A stretch of 64,000 bases of DNA from an uncultured Gemmatimonadales bacterium (lineage in GTDB: Bacteria > Gemmatimonadota > Gemmatimonadetes > Gemmatimonadales > GWC2-71-9): positions 96,001-160,000 of the forward strand of contig CAVYSW010000010.1 in assembly GCA_963771275.1 (NCBI GenBank), written 5' to 3'. Each line of letters opens with the position of its first letter. Position 1 is the first letter of the stretch. Positions 39,746 through 50,338 of this stretch are shown piece by piece. Below the pieces are notes generated by a model that saw only the letters and a list, made by a program, of their open reading frames with translations, did not search any database and had not been told where the DNA came from. A program made the translations under genes and the position numbers.

Positions 39746-41228
39746 GGGGAAGGAACAGGAGCAGGCGCAAGCTGCCGCTGCGCAGCCGACCGAGCTCGGG
39801 CTGCTCGACCAGATCGTCGAGCAGGGGCGCTTCGGGAAGGACACCGCCGCGCGGGAGCGCGGGCGCGACATGGTGAAGCAGTTCGTGGCCGAGGTGCTCG
39901 AGGGGACCATTACCATGGCCGCGGACACCGAGGCCATGCTCAACGCCCGGATCGCGCAGATCGATCAGATCATCTCGCGCCAGGTCAACGCGATCGTCCA
40001 CGCGCCCGAGTTCCAGAAGCTCGAGGCCACGTGGCGCGGGCTGCGCTACATGCTCGAGCAGTCCGAGACGAGCGAGATGCTCAAGATCAAGGTGATGAAC
40101 GTCACCAAGAAGGACCTGCTCGACGACCTGCGGCGCGCCCCCGAATTCGATCAGAGCGCGATGTTCAAGAAGGTGTATGAGGAGGAATATGGCGTGTTCG
40201 GCGGCTCCCCGTTCGGGGCGCTGCTGGGTGACTACGAGTTCTCCAAGACGGGCCAGGACATGGAGCTCCTGGAGAAGATCGCGCAGGTGTCCGCGGCGTC
40301 GCACGCGCCGTTCCTCACCAGTGCGTCCAACGAGATGTTCGGGCTGGAGAGCTTCACCAAGCTCGACGCGCCGCGGGATCTGGCCAAGGTGTTCGACAGC
40401 ACGGAATACGCCAAATGGAAGGCGTTCCGGGAGAGCGAGGACTCGCGCTACATCGCCCTCGCCTTGCCGCGGATGCTGCTGCGTGAGCCGTACGGCAACG
40501 CCACCGTGCCGCTCGACGCGTTCCAGTACGAGGAGGAAGTCGATGGCGAGGAGCACGACAAGTACCTGTGGGGCAACGCGGCGTGGGCCCTGGGCTCGCG
40601 CGTGACCCAGGCCTTCGCCAAGTACGGCTGGTGCGCCACGATCCGTGGGGTCGAGAGCGGTGGTCTGGTCGAGGGGCTGCCCGTGCATACCTTCCGCACC
40701 GACGCCGGCGACGTCGCGATGAAGTGCCCCACCGAGACGCCGATCACGGACCGGCGGGAGAAGGAGCTGGCGGATTTGGGGTTCGCCCCGCTGGTGCACT
40801 GCAAGGGCACGGCGAACGCGGCCTTCTTCTCGGTGCAGTCGGCGCAGAAGCCCAAGGTGTATCAGTCCGATGCCGCGACGGCCAACGCCCGCATCTCGGC
40901 GCAGCTGCCCTACATCTTCGCCGTCTCGCGCTTCGCGCACTATCTCAAGTCGATGATGCGCGACAAGATCGGCGGCTACATGTCGAAGGACGAGGCCCAG
41001 TCGTTCCTCAACCGCTGGATCACCAATTATGTGGTGGGCAATGACGACGCCCCGATGGGAGTCAAGGCCAAACGGCCGCTCCGCGAAGCGCGCATCGAGG
41101 TGCAGGAAGTGGCCGGCAAGCCCGGCGCCTACCGCGCGGTCGCGTACCTCCGGCCGCACTTCCAGTTGGACGAGATCAGTGTCTCGATGCGCCTGGTGGC
41201 GGATTTGCCGGCTCCAGCGCAGGGCTGA
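39738..41228 (+). CDS. tssC: T6SS sheath large subunit TssC
   Basis: FQKLEATWRGL, YEEEYGVFGG, LPRMLLREPYG, YLWGNAA, KCPTE, SRFAHYLK and RPHFQL. Confidence 0.97.
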   Translation: MAKGKEQEQAQAAAAQPTELGLLDQIVEQGRFGKDTAARERGRDMVKQFVAEVLEGTITMAADTEAMLNARIAQIDQIISRQVNAIVHAPEFQKLEATWRGLRYMLEQSETSEMLKIKVMNVTKKDLLDDLRRAPEFDQSAMFKKVYEEEYGVFGGSPFGALLGDYEFSKTGQDMELLEKIAQVSAASHAPFLTSASNEMFGLESFTKLDAPRDLAKVFDSTEYAKWKAFRESEDSRYIALALPRMLLREPYGNATVPLDAFQYEEEVDGEEHDKYLWGNAAWALGSRVTQAFAKYGWCATIRGVESGGLVEGLPVHTFRTDAGDVAMKCPTETPITDRREKELADLGFAPLVHCKGTANAAFFSVQSAQKPKVYQSDAATANARISAQLPYIFAVSRFAHYLKSMMRDKIGGYMSKDEAQSFLNRWITNYVVGNDDAPMGVKAKRPLREARIEVQEVAGKPGAYRAVAYLRPHFQLDEISVSMRLVADLPAPAQG

Positions 41229-41271
41229 CGCAGCCAGGTATTCCACGCGGACTTGACCAAGGAGGGGTCCA

Positions 41272-41763
41272 ATGGCGTTCGATGCGTTCCTCAAGCTCAA
41301 GGGTGTCGAAGGCGAGGCCACGAAGGCGGGCTTCGAGAAGCAGATCCCGGTGCTGTCGTTCAGCTTCGGCGCGCACAACCCGAGCAGCCCGGTGGGGAGC
41401 GGGGCCGGCGCGGGCAAGGTCTCGATCAGCGGCTTCACGATCTCGAAGTGGACCGACAAGTCGAGCGCCCAGCTGTTCCAGACGTGCTGCACCGGCAAGC
41501 ACTTCCCGGACGCCAAGCTCACGCTGCTGAAGGCGGGCGGCGACAAGCCGGTGGAGTACCTCACGTACGAGTTCAAGGAGCTGTTCGTCAACGACATCAA
41601 CTGGTCGGGCTCCAGCGGTGGCGACGACGTGCCGATGGAGACCGTGAGCTTCTCGTTCGCGTCCGTGCAGGTGACGTACACCGAGCAGAAGGCCGACGGG
41701 ACGCCGGGCACGCCGCAGATCGGCGGCTGGGATCTCAAGGCGGGCAAAGCCCTTGGGAAGTGA
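41272..41763 (+). CDS. hcp: T6SS tube protein Hcp (TssD)
   Basis: AFDAFLKL.GVEGE, I.VLSFSFG, K..DKSS..L, E.VSFSF and GWD. Confidence 0.96.
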   Translation: MAFDAFLKLKGVEGEATKAGFEKQIPVLSFSFGAHNPSSPVGSGAGAGKVSISGFTISKWTDKSSAQLFQTCCTGKHFPDAKLTLLKAGGDKPVEYLTYEFKELFVNDINWSGSSGGDDVPMETVSFSFASVQVTYTEQKADGTPGTPQIGGWDLKAGKALGK

Positions 41764-42463
41764 GGCGCTGTTTCGCGAGGGGAAGCTGGACGAGGCGGTC
41801 GAGGCGCTCGGGAAGGAGCTGCAGCGGGACCCGACCGACCTCCGGAAGCGTACGTTCTTGTTCGAGTTGCTCTGCTTCGCCGGCAAGTACGATCGCGCGG
41901 AGAAGCACCTCGATGTGATCGCGGGGGCCAGTCCCGACGCGGCGCTGGGCGCGCTGGTGTACCGCAGCGCGCTCCACGCCGAGCGGATCCGGCAGGAAAT
42001 GTTCCGGACCGGGGAATACCCGCACCGTAGCGCCCGCGCGGTGTCGGGGACGCTGAACGGGGAACCGTTCAGCTCCCTCACCGACGCGGACCCGCGGATC
42101 GGAGCCCGCCTCGAGGTGTTCGCCGCCGGGGAGTACCAGTGGCTGCCCCTCGAGCACGTCGCATCGGTCCGGCTGGACCCGCCCAAGCGTCTGCGCGATC
42201 TCCTCTGGACGCCCGCGATCCTGCGGACGGGACCGGCGTTCAAGGGGGTCGAGCTCGGGGAAGTGCTGCTCCCCGTTCTGGCGCCGGGCTCGTGGGAGGA
42301 CGTCGACGACGCGGTCCGCCTCGGTCACGTCACGGGGTGGCTCGCCGACGGCGCGCACGAGGTGCCCGTCGGACAGAAGCTGCTGCTGGTCGACGGCGAG
42401 GAATTCCCCATCCTCGAGCTGCGGGAGCTCGAGATCGCTGCAGGGGCCGCCACTTCCACCTGA
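41753..42463 (+). CDS. tagJ: T6SS accessory protein TagJ (ImpE/SciE)
   Basis: R..LFELLCFAG.YDRA, DADPRIG..LEV, Y.W.P, RDLLW.P and GQKLL. Confidence 0.9.
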   Translation: MGSEALFREGKLDEAVEALGKELQRDPTDLRKRTFLFELLCFAGKYDRAEKHLDVIAGASPDAALGALVYRSALHAERIRQEMFRTGEYPHRSARAVSGTLNGEPFSSLTDADPRIGARLEVFAAGEYQWLPLEHVASVRLDPPKRLRDLLWTPAILRTGPAFKGVELGEVLLPVLAPGSWEDVDDAVRLGHVTGWLADGAHEVPVGQKLLLVDGEEFPILELRELEIAAGAATST

Positions 42464-42469
42464 GCGCGC

Positions 42470-44278
42470 ATGCCTGCCATTGACTCGCTGTTGAAGCCCA
42501 TCCCGGGTCCACAGCCAACCGGCGCCAGCCTGCGGTACGACCCGATCTACGACAAGATCAAGGAGGCGCGGCGGGAGGAGGCCGGCGTCCCCGAGTGGGA
42601 CGTCAAGCCGAAGGTCGCCGACTGGCCGCAGGTCGTGCGGCTCGCCAGTGAGGCCCTGACCGGCAAGTCGAAGGACCTCCAGATCGCTGCCTGGCTCACC
42701 GAGGCGCTGCTGCGGCAGGAGGGGATCAAGGGCCTGCGCGATGGCCTGGGGCTGATGCAGGGCCTGCTCGAGCGGTACTGGGATGGCCTGTATCCGGAGC
42801 TGGAGGACGGTGACGCCGAGTTCCGCGCGGCCCCGCTCCAGTGGATCGGGGACTACCTCGTCGCCGGGGTCCGCGCGGCGCCGATCTCCAAGGCCGGCCA
42901 CAACGCCCTGCAGCATGCCGAGTCCCGCACGCTCGGTTACGAGAAGGACCTGGAAGGGGACGAAGGGAAGAGCGAGGCGCGCAAGGCGGCGCTCGCGGGG
43001 GGGAAGCTCGCGCCCGAGGAGTTCGACAAGGGGTTCGAGGCCACCCCCAAGGCGTGGTACAAGGCCCTGATGGCCGATCTCGCCGGCGCGCTCGAGGCGC
43101 TCAAGGCGCTCGACGCACTGAGCACGGAGAAGTTCGGCGGCGGCGCTCCGAGCTTCATGAAACTGCGCGGCGCCGTCGAGGACGTGCAGCGCGTCGTCGA
43201 GGGGCTGCTCGCCAAGAAGCTGGAGACGGATCCCGACCCCGTCGATGCGACGCCCATGGCGATCGGAGGCGTGGCGGCCGGCGCGGCGCCCGCCGCCGGC
43301 GCTCAGGTGCTCTCGGCGGAGCCGATCAGCGTCGACGACGCCGCCGGTCGGATCGCCGCCGCCGCACGCTACCTGCAGCGAGCCGATCCCCAGAGTCCGG
43401 CCTCCTATCTCCTGCTGCGGGGCTTTCGCTGGGGCGAGTTGCGCGCCCGGGGCGGCGCGCTCGAGCCGCGCCAGCTGGCCGCGCCGCCCACCGACATCCG
43501 GACCCGGCTCAAGGGCCTGCTGCTCGACGGGAAATGGGCGGAGCTGCTGAGTGCGAGCGAAGCGGTGATGGCGACCCCGTTCGGCCGCGGCTGGCTCGAC
43601 CTGCAGCGCTACGTGCTGACGGCGTTTGACAACCTCGGCGCGGAGTACGAGCCGGCGGCGCGCGCCGTGCGGGTCGCCCTTGCGGCCCTGCTGCGGGACT
43701 TCCCGGGGCTGGTCGACGCGACGCTGATGGACGACACGTCGACCGCGAACGCCGAGACGCGCGAATGGCTGCGGCAGCAGTCGCTGGGGGATCTCGCGCC
43801 GGAGGCCGCGGGAGCGGTGGCCGGTCCGGCGGCGCCGCGGGCGGCAGGGGTTACCGCAGGGTTCGACGCGATCCACGAGCGCGCCATGCAGGAGGTCCGG
43901 GCCGGCCACGCCGACGCCGGCATCCAGCTGCTGATGCGCGAGGCGGAACGCGAACAGACCCCGCGCGGCCGCTTCCTCCGCCGGGCGCAGGCCGCGGCGA
44001 TCATGGTGGACCACGGGCTCGAGCCGGTGGCGCTCCCCGTGCTGCGCGAGCTCGTGACGCGGATCGAGGCCCACCACCTCGAGGATTGGGAGGCCGGCGA
44101 TCTGGTCGCACGTCCGCTGGGGCTGCTGTACCGCTGTCTCCAGATGGTGGAGGGCGACTCCAGCGAGGCGCAGGAGCTGTATCGGCAGGTGTGCCGGCTG
44201 GATCCGCTGCAGGCCATGGCGTTCGCCGGGACCCGCACCGCGGCCGCGCCCGAGGCGGCCGCGGACGCCGCCGGCTGA
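42470..44278 (+). CDS. tssA: T6SS protein TssA (long form, 602 aa)
   Basis: ImpA_N (YDKIKEARRE, DW..V, SKDLQIAAWL, YWDGLYP), PQSPASYLLLR, WLDLQRY and C-terminal CRLDP. Confidence 0.92.
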   Translation: MPAIDSLLKPIPGPQPTGASLRYDPIYDKIKEARREEAGVPEWDVKPKVADWPQVVRLASEALTGKSKDLQIAAWLTEALLRQEGIKGLRDGLGLMQGLLERYWDGLYPELEDGDAEFRAAPLQWIGDYLVAGVRAAPISKAGHNALQHAESRTLGYEKDLEGDEGKSEARKAALAGGKLAPEEFDKGFEATPKAWYKALMADLAGALEALKALDALSTEKFGGGAPSFMKLRGAVEDVQRVVEGLLAKKLETDPDPVDATPMAIGGVAAGAAPAAGAQVLSAEPISVDDAAGRIAAAARYLQRADPQSPASYLLLRGFRWGELRARGGALEPRQLAAPPTDIRTRLKGLLLDGKWAELLSASEAVMATPFGRGWLDLQRYVLTAFDNLGAEYEPAARAVRVALAALLRDFPGLVDATLMDDTSTANAETREWLRQQSLGDLAPEAAGAVAGPAAPRAAGVTAGFDAIHERAMQEVRAGHADAGIQLLMREAEREQTPRGRFLRRAQAAAIMVDHGLEPVALPVLRELVTRIEAHHLEDWEAGDLVARPLGLLYRCLQMVEGDSSEAQELYRQVCRLDPLQAMAFAGTRTAAAPEAAADAAG

Positions 44279-44291
44279 GCCGAGGCGACCG

Positions 44292-44774
44292 GTGGAGCAG
44301 GCCGTCACCCTGTCGGTGCTCGACCGACTGATCGACCGCGACCCCGGCAACCCCGTCGAGCGCCCGTTGACGTGGGCCCAGTCGGTCCAGGTGCTCAAGG
44401 CGGCGGTGCGCCGCGACCTGGAGTGGCTGCTCAACACGCGGCGCGTCATCGAGCCCGCGCCCGAGGGGGCGACCGAGCTTCCCACGTCGCTGTACCTGTT
44501 CGGCCTGCCGGACATCAGCTCGATGAGCGCCGACTCCCCCGACGTCACGGTGCAGCTGCGGCGTTACCTGGAAGAGGTGATCGCGGTGTTCGAGCCGCGC
44601 CTCACGAACGTCCGCGTGGCCCTGGCGGACGCGGAAGAGGGCGGGGCGCGCGAGCTGCGCTTCGTGATCGACGGGTTGCTCGACATGGACCCGAGCCCCG
44701 AGCACGTGCAGTTCGACACGGTGCTGCAGTCGGCGAGCGGCAAGTTCGACGTCGCGGGAGACGGCGGTGCGTGA
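44292..44774 (+). CDS. tssE: T6SS baseplate protein TssE
   Basis: SVLDRLID, VRRDLEWLLNTR, FGLPD and FEPRL (gp25-like). Confidence 0.95.
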   Translation: MEQAVTLSVLDRLIDRDPGNPVERPLTWAQSVQVLKAAVRRDLEWLLNTRRVIEPAPEGATELPTSLYLFGLPDISSMSADSPDVTVQLRRYLEEVIAVFEPRLTNVRVALADAEEGGARELRFVIDGLLDMDPSPEHVQFDTVLQSASGKFDVAGDGGA

Positions 44775-46605
44775 AGACCTGCTGTACTACTACGAGCGCG
44801 AGCTCGCGTTCCTGCGGCGTCTCGGCGCCGAGTTCGCGCAGAAGTACCCCAAGATCGCGGCGCGACTCCAGCTGGAGCCCGACAAGTGCGAGGACCCGCA
44901 CGTCGAGCGCCTGCTCGAGGGCTTCGCGTTCCTCACCGCGCGGGTCCACCTCAAGATCGACGACGACTTCCCGGAGATCAGCGAGGCGCTGCTCAACGTC
45001 CTCTACCCGCACTACCTGCGGCCGATTCCCTCGATGTCCCTGGTCGAGTTCCGGCTCGATCCGGAGCAGGGCAAGCTCACGACCGGGCTGACGATCCCGC
45101 GCCAGTCGCTGCTGTACTCCCGGCCGATCGGGGGGACGCCCTGCAAGTTCAGCACGTGCTACCCGACCACGCTGTGGCCGGTGGACGTCACCGCCGCGCG
45201 CTGGACGACGCCGGACCAGCTGCGGCCGCCGGTGAAGGCGAGCGACGCCACGGCGGCGCTGCGCCTCGAGCTCACCTGTTTCCCCGACGTCCGGTTCGAC
45301 CAGCTGGGCCTGGATACGCTGCGCCTGTTCCTCCACGGCGCGGGCAATCTCGTGGGTACCCTGTACGAGCTGCTCGGCAACAACTGCGCGACCATCCTCG
45401 TGCGCGATCCGACGCGGAGCGATCGGCCGCCCGTCGTGCTGCCGGGGTCGGCGCTGCGCCCCGTCGGGTTCGAGGCCGACGAGGGCATGCTGCCGTTCCC
45501 GCAGCGCTCGCTCACTGCCTACCGGCTGCTGCAGGAGTATTTCACGTTCCCGCAGAAGTTCTCGTGCTACGACCTCACGGGGCTGGATCGCCTGCGGGGG
45601 GCGGGCTTCGGGCAGAAGGCCGAGGTGGTGTTCCTGATCGGGGCCTTCGAGCGGCGCGAGCGCGCAGAGATGCTCGAGTCGGGGGTGTCCGCGGCGACGC
45701 TGCGGCTGGGATGCACGCCGGTGATCAACGTCTTTCCGCAGACGGCGGAGCCGGTGCTGCTGACCCAGAAGGCCCACGAGTATCCCATCATCGCCGATGC
45801 CCGGCGGCGGGACGGCGTGCACGTGTTCTCCGTCGACGAGGTGGTGGCGGTGACGCCCGACTCCCCCGAGCCGGTGCGGTTTGAGCCGATGTACGGCCAC
45901 CGCCACGCGGCGAGCGCCGGCGCCTCGGGCCTGTTCTGGTACGCGCGCCGCAAGCCCACCGTGTGGCAGGCCGAGGGCGGGACCGACGTGTACCTGTCGT
46001 TCGTGGATCTGTCCGGCCGGACCGCCCAGCCGGGGTACGAGGCGGTGACGGCCCGGCTCACCGCCTACAACGGCGACCTTCCCAGCCGCCTCCCGTTCGG
46101 CGACGAGGGGGGGGACTTCCAGCTCCCGGGCGGCGGGCCGATCCAGCGGATTCGCGCCCTCGTCAAGCCGACCCCGGCGATCCCGCCGCCGCAGGGCCGC
46201 ACCCAGCTCTGGCGGCTGATCTCCCAGCTGTCGCTCAACTACATGTCCCTGGTCGAAGGCGGTGCCGAGGCGCTCCAGGAGCTGCTGCGGCTGCACAACT
46301 TCGGCGACTCGGGCGTCGCCGAGCGGCACATCCAGAGCATCGCCGCGCTCAAGAGCGAGCCGTGCTATACGCGCATCCGCACCGATCACGGCCTGACGTT
46401 CGCGCGCGGGCACCGCGTCAGCGTCACGCTCGACGAAGAGCAGTTCGCCGGCGGCGGCGTCTATCTGTTCGCCAGCATCCTGGAGCGCTTCCTGGGGATG
46501 TACACCTCGCTGAACAGCTTCTCGATCCTGGCGGCGCGCACGCAACAGCGGAAGGAGGACCTGCGGGCTTGGCCACCACGAGCGGGTCACAAGGCCCTCC
46601 TGTAG
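44767..46605 (+). CDS. tssF: T6SS baseplate protein TssF
   Basis: YYERELAFLR, DPHVERLLEGFAFL, YRLLQEYF, WRLISQLSLNY and YTSLNSF. Confidence 0.97.
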   Translation: MREDLLYYYERELAFLRRLGAEFAQKYPKIAARLQLEPDKCEDPHVERLLEGFAFLTARVHLKIDDDFPEISEALLNVLYPHYLRPIPSMSLVEFRLDPEQGKLTTGLTIPRQSLLYSRPIGGTPCKFSTCYPTTLWPVDVTAARWTTPDQLRPPVKASDATAALRLELTCFPDVRFDQLGLDTLRLFLHGAGNLVGTLYELLGNNCATILVRDPTRSDRPPVVLPGSALRPVGFEADEGMLPFPQRSLTAYRLLQEYFTFPQKFSCYDLTGLDRLRGAGFGQKAEVVFLIGAFERRERAEMLESGVSAATLRLGCTPVINVFPQTAEPVLLTQKAHEYPIIADARRRDGVHVFSVDEVVAVTPDSPEPVRFEPMYGHRHAASAGASGLFWYARRKPTVWQAEGGTDVYLSFVDLSGRTAQPGYEAVTARLTAYNGDLPSRLPFGDEGGDFQLPGGGPIQRIRALVKPTPAIPPPQGRTQLWRLISQLSLNYMSLVEGGAEALQELLRLHNFGDSGVAERHIQSIAALKSEPCYTRIRTDHGLTFARGHRVSVTLDEEQFAGGGVYLFASILERFLGMYTSLNSFSILAARTQQRKEDLRAWPPRAGHKALL

Positions 46606-47621
46606 CGGACGACACGGACCTGCTGGTCCGGCTGTCGGACGAGGCCACGTCGTTCGGCTTCTTCCAGGCGGTGCGTCTGCTGGAACGGCTGTTCGCCGAG
46701 CGGCGGCCGGTGGGCGAGTTCGGCAATCCGGCCGACGAGGCGGTGCGGTTCGTCGTGACGCCGGCGATTGCGTTCCCGCCAAGCGAGGTTCGCCACATCG
46801 AGCTGCACACCGAGCCCCCCGAGATGTCGGTCAATTTCCTGGGGCTCACCGGGCCGCAGGGCGTGCTGCCGTACCACTACAGCCTGCTGGTCGGCGACCG
46901 ACTGCGCGCGGGCGACCGGGCCCCGAAGGCGTTCCTCGACCTGTTCCACCACCGGCTCATCTCGCTGTTCTACCGGGCCTGGCTCAAGCACCGCTTCGTG
47001 GCGGGCTACGAGCGCGACCAGCACGATCCGGTGACCGAGCATCTGCTGGATGTGGTCGGGGTGGGGCTCGAGGCGTTCCGCGGGCGGCTTCCCGTGAGCG
47101 ACCAGGTGCTCGCGTTCTACGCGGGGCTCCTGGCGCCGCAACAGCGGTCGGCCGGCGCGCTCGAGGGTATCCTCGCCGACTACTTCGACGTCCCCGTGAC
47201 GGTCGAGCAGTTCGTGGGCGGGTGGTATCCCCTGGCGACCGCCACGCGGTGCGCCCTTGGTGACGAGCGCGACGAGTCGAGCCAGCTCGGCCTCGGCGCG
47301 GTGGTGGGGGATGAGGTGTGGGATCAGCAGGCCCGCGTGCGCATTCGCATCGGGCCGCTCAGCCGGGCGCGCTACGGGGAATTCCTCCCCGGCGGCGCCG
47401 CGTATCGCACGCTGCAGGCCCTGACGGCCTTCTTCAGCGATGACCGGTTCGACTTCGAAGTGCAGCTCGTGCTCACGCGCGGCGATGTTCCGCCCTGCGT
47501 GCTCGACGACGGGGACCGCGCAGGCCTGCCGCTCGGCTGGGCCACGTGGATCCGCACCCAGCCGTTCGCGCGCGACGCGGACGAGACCATTCTCACGTTC
47601 GGCCACGGGGAACCGACATGA
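46569..47621 (+). CDS. tssG: T6SS baseplate protein TssG
   Basis: TTG start after AAGGAGGA; FFQAVRLLE, FLGLTGPQGVLPYHY, FLDLFHHR and LGWATW. Confidence 0.95.
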   Translation: MATTSGSQGPPVADDTDLLVRLSDEATSFGFFQAVRLLERLFAERRPVGEFGNPADEAVRFVVTPAIAFPPSEVRHIELHTEPPEMSVNFLGLTGPQGVLPYHYSLLVGDRLRAGDRAPKAFLDLFHHRLISLFYRAWLKHRFVAGYERDQHDPVTEHLLDVVGVGLEAFRGRLPVSDQVLAFYAGLLAPQQRSAGALEGILADYFDVPVTVEQFVGGWYPLATATRCALGDERDESSQLGLGAVVGDEVWDQQARVRIRIGPLSRARYGEFLPGGAAYRTLQALTAFFSDDRFDFEVQLVLTRGDVPPCVLDDGDRAGLPLGWATWIRTQPFARDADETILTFGHGEPT

Positions 47622-50323
47622 CCGTCAACCTGCGATCGCTCATTGGGCGGTTGAATCACGAAACGCGAAACGCGGTTGAGGCGGCCGCCGGTCTCTGCCT
47701 GAGCCGGACCCACTACGACGTCGAGATTGAGCACTACCTGATGAAGGTGCTCGACGCGAGCGACGGGGACGTCGCCCTCATCCTCAAGCATTTCGGAGTG
47801 GACCGCTCCCGGCTGGCCAAAGACCTCACGCAGGCGCTCGACCGCCTGAAGACCGGGAACGCCCGGACGCCGTCGCTCAGCCCGACGCTCGTCAAGATGC
47901 TCTCGGACGCGTGGCTGCTCGGCTCCCTGGAGTACGGCGACAGTCAAATCCGCACCGGGCATACGCTGCTCGTGCTCGCGACGAACGACGAGCTGCGGCG
48001 GCTGATGCTGGACACGAGCCGTGAGTTCCAGAAGGTCTCGGGCGAGACGCTGCGGGCGGAGTTCGCCACCATCGTGGCGAACTCGGTCGAGGAGGTGGCG
48101 GCCCCGGCCGCCGGCGGGCCCGGCGGCGCGCCCGGGCGCCCGGGCGGGAAGACCCCCAACCTCGATCAGTTCACGACGAACCTCACCGACCGCGCCCGCG
48201 AAGGCAAGCTCGACCCCGTGCTCGGCCGCGACTTCGAGGTCCGGCAGGTGGTGGACATTCTCACCAGGCGACGGCAGAACAACCCGATCCTGGTGGGTGA
48301 GGCGGGCGTGGGGAAGACCGCGGTGGTCGAAGGGTTCGCGATGCGCATCGTCCAGGGCGACGTGCCCCCCGTGCTGCGCAACGTCACGCTGCGCGGCCTG
48401 GATCTCGCCCTGCTGCAGGCCGGCGCCGGGGTCAAAGGCGAGTTCGAGAACCGGCTCAAGGGGCTGATCGAGGAGGTGCGCTCGTCCGAGACGCCGATCA
48501 TCCTGTTTATCGACGAGGCGCACACCATGATCGGGGCGGGGGGCGCGGCGGGGCAGGGCGACGCGGCCAACCTGCTCAAGCCCGCCCTGGCCCGCGGCGA
48601 GCTGCGCACCATCGCCGCCACCACGTGGTCGGAATACAAGAAGTACTTCGAGAAGGACCCGGCGCTGGCGCGACGGTTCCAGCTCGTCAAGGTCGACGAG
48701 CCGACCGAGGAAAGCTGCGCCCTGATGATGCGGGCCGTGGCGCCGAGCCTGGAGAAGCACCATCACGTCCGCATCCTCGACGACGCGATCGACGCGGCCG
48801 TGCGGCTGTCGCACCGCTATCTCGCGGACCGTCAGCTACCCGACAAGGCCGTGAGCGTGCTCGACACGGCGTGCGCCCGGCTGGCCCTGGGGCAGAACGC
48901 GACGCCGGCGGCGATCGACGACGCCCGGCGTACGCTCGACGACCTCGCCGTCCAGCAGCGCGTGCTCACGCGGGAGCAGGCGGTGGGCGCGGACCATGCC
49001 GAGCGGCTCGCCCGCATCGCCGAGCGGCAGGTCGAGACCGAGCAGCGGCTCGCCGCCCTGATGCAGCGCTGGGAGGAGGAGCGGGCGCTGGTGGGGAAGG
49101 TGCGCGAGCTGCGCGAGCGGCTCGAGGCGACGGCCGAAGCGGGCGGGGAGCGGGAAAAGGGGAAGCGCAAGAGCAAGGGCGACGGCAAGGCGCCGGAGGC
49201 GCTGCGGCAGGAGTTGGTGGTGCTCAACGCGCAGCTGGCGACGCTGCAGGGCGACAGCCCGCTCGTCCCGGTGTGCGTCGACGCCGAGCTGGTCGGGGAA
49301 GTCATCTCGGGCTGGACCGGCATCCCGGTGGGCAAAATGCTGCGCGATGAGATCGGCACCGTGCTGAGCCTCGAAGAGCAGCTCGCGCGGCGCATCATCG
49401 GCCAGGCGCACGCGCTCAGCGGCATCAGCCAGCGCATCCGCACGTCGCGCGCCGGCATCGAGGACCCGAACAAGCCGGTCGGCGTCTTCATGCTGGTGGG
49501 GCCCAGCGGCGTGGGCAAGACGGAAACGGCGCTCGCCGTGTCCGATCTGCTCTACGGCGGCGAGCGGAACATCATCACGATCAACATGTCGGAGTTCCAG
49601 GAGCCCCACACGGTCTCCACCCTCAAGGGCTCGCCGCCGGGGTACGTCGGCTACGGCGAGGGCGGGGTGCTGACGGAGGCGGTGCGGCGACGGCCCTACT
49701 CGGTGGTGCTGCTCGACGAGGTCGAGAAAGCGCACCCCGACGTGCTGGAGCTGTTCTTCCAGGTGTTCGACAAGGGTGTCATGGAGGATGGCGAGGGGCG
49801 GCAGATCGACTTCAAGAACACGGTGATCATGCTGACGACCAATGCCGGCACCGACACCATCATGAAGCTGACGGCCGACCCGGAGACGGCCCCGGACTCC
49901 GCAGGGCTCGCCAAGGCGCTGAAACCGGAGCTCAACAAGACGTTCAAGCCCGCCTTCCTCGGCCGGCTCGTGATCATCCCGTACTTCCCGATCAAGGACG
50001 ACGAGATGAAGCGGATCATCCGGCTGAAGCTCGGCAAGGTCGAGCGCCGCCTCGCGGAGAGCCATCGGATCCGGCTGGCCTACGACGAGGACGTCGTCGA
50101 CGAGATCGCCCGCCGCTGCACCGAAGTCGAGAGCGGCGCCCGCAACGTGGACAACATCCTGACGAACACGCTGCTGCCCGACGTCTCCCGCCGGCTGCTG
50201 CAGGCCCTGGTGGATGGCGAGAAGCCCCAGACGATCCGCGTGGTGTTGGGTGGGGCCGGCGCGTTCGAGTACCGCTTCGAGTCGGCCGGGCCCCCAGTGC
50301 CCGCGACGCCGGCCGTGTCCTAG
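47618..50323 (+). CDS. clpV: T6SS AAA+ ATPase TssH (ClpV)
   Basis: Two AAA modules (GEAGVGKT, GPSGVGKT), RRRQNNPIL, FEKDPALARRFQ and ESGARNVD. Confidence 0.97.
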   Translation: MTVNLRSLIGRLNHETRNAVEAAAGLCLSRTHYDVEIEHYLMKVLDASDGDVALILKHFGVDRSRLAKDLTQALDRLKTGNARTPSLSPTLVKMLSDAWLLGSLEYGDSQIRTGHTLLVLATNDELRRLMLDTSREFQKVSGETLRAEFATIVANSVEEVAAPAAGGPGGAPGRPGGKTPNLDQFTTNLTDRAREGKLDPVLGRDFEVRQVVDILTRRRQNNPILVGEAGVGKTAVVEGFAMRIVQGDVPPVLRNVTLRGLDLALLQAGAGVKGEFENRLKGLIEEVRSSETPIILFIDEAHTMIGAGGAAGQGDAANLLKPALARGELRTIAATTWSEYKKYFEKDPALARRFQLVKVDEPTEESCALMMRAVAPSLEKHHHVRILDDAIDAAVRLSHRYLADRQLPDKAVSVLDTACARLALGQNATPAAIDDARRTLDDLAVQQRVLTREQAVGADHAERLARIAERQVETEQRLAALMQRWEEERALVGKVRELRERLEATAEAGGEREKGKRKSKGDGKAPEALRQELVVLNAQLATLQGDSPLVPVCVDAELVGEVISGWTGIPVGKMLRDEIGTVLSLEEQLARRIIGQAHALSGISQRIRTSRAGIEDPNKPVGVFMLVGPSGVGKTETALAVSDLLYGGERNIITINMSEFQEPHTVSTLKGSPPGYVGYGEGGVLTEAVRRRPYSVVLLDEVEKAHPDVLELFFQVFDKGVMEDGEGRQIDFKNTVIMLTTNAGTDTIMKLTADPETAPDSAGLAKALKPELNKTFKPAFLGRLVIIPYFPIKDDEMKRIIRLKLGKVERRLAESHRIRLAYDEDVVDEIARRCTEVESGARNVDNILTNTLLPDVSRRLLQALVDGEKPQTIRVVLGGAGAFEYRFESAGPPVPATPAVS

Positions 50324-50338
50324 CCCGGGAGGTACGCG

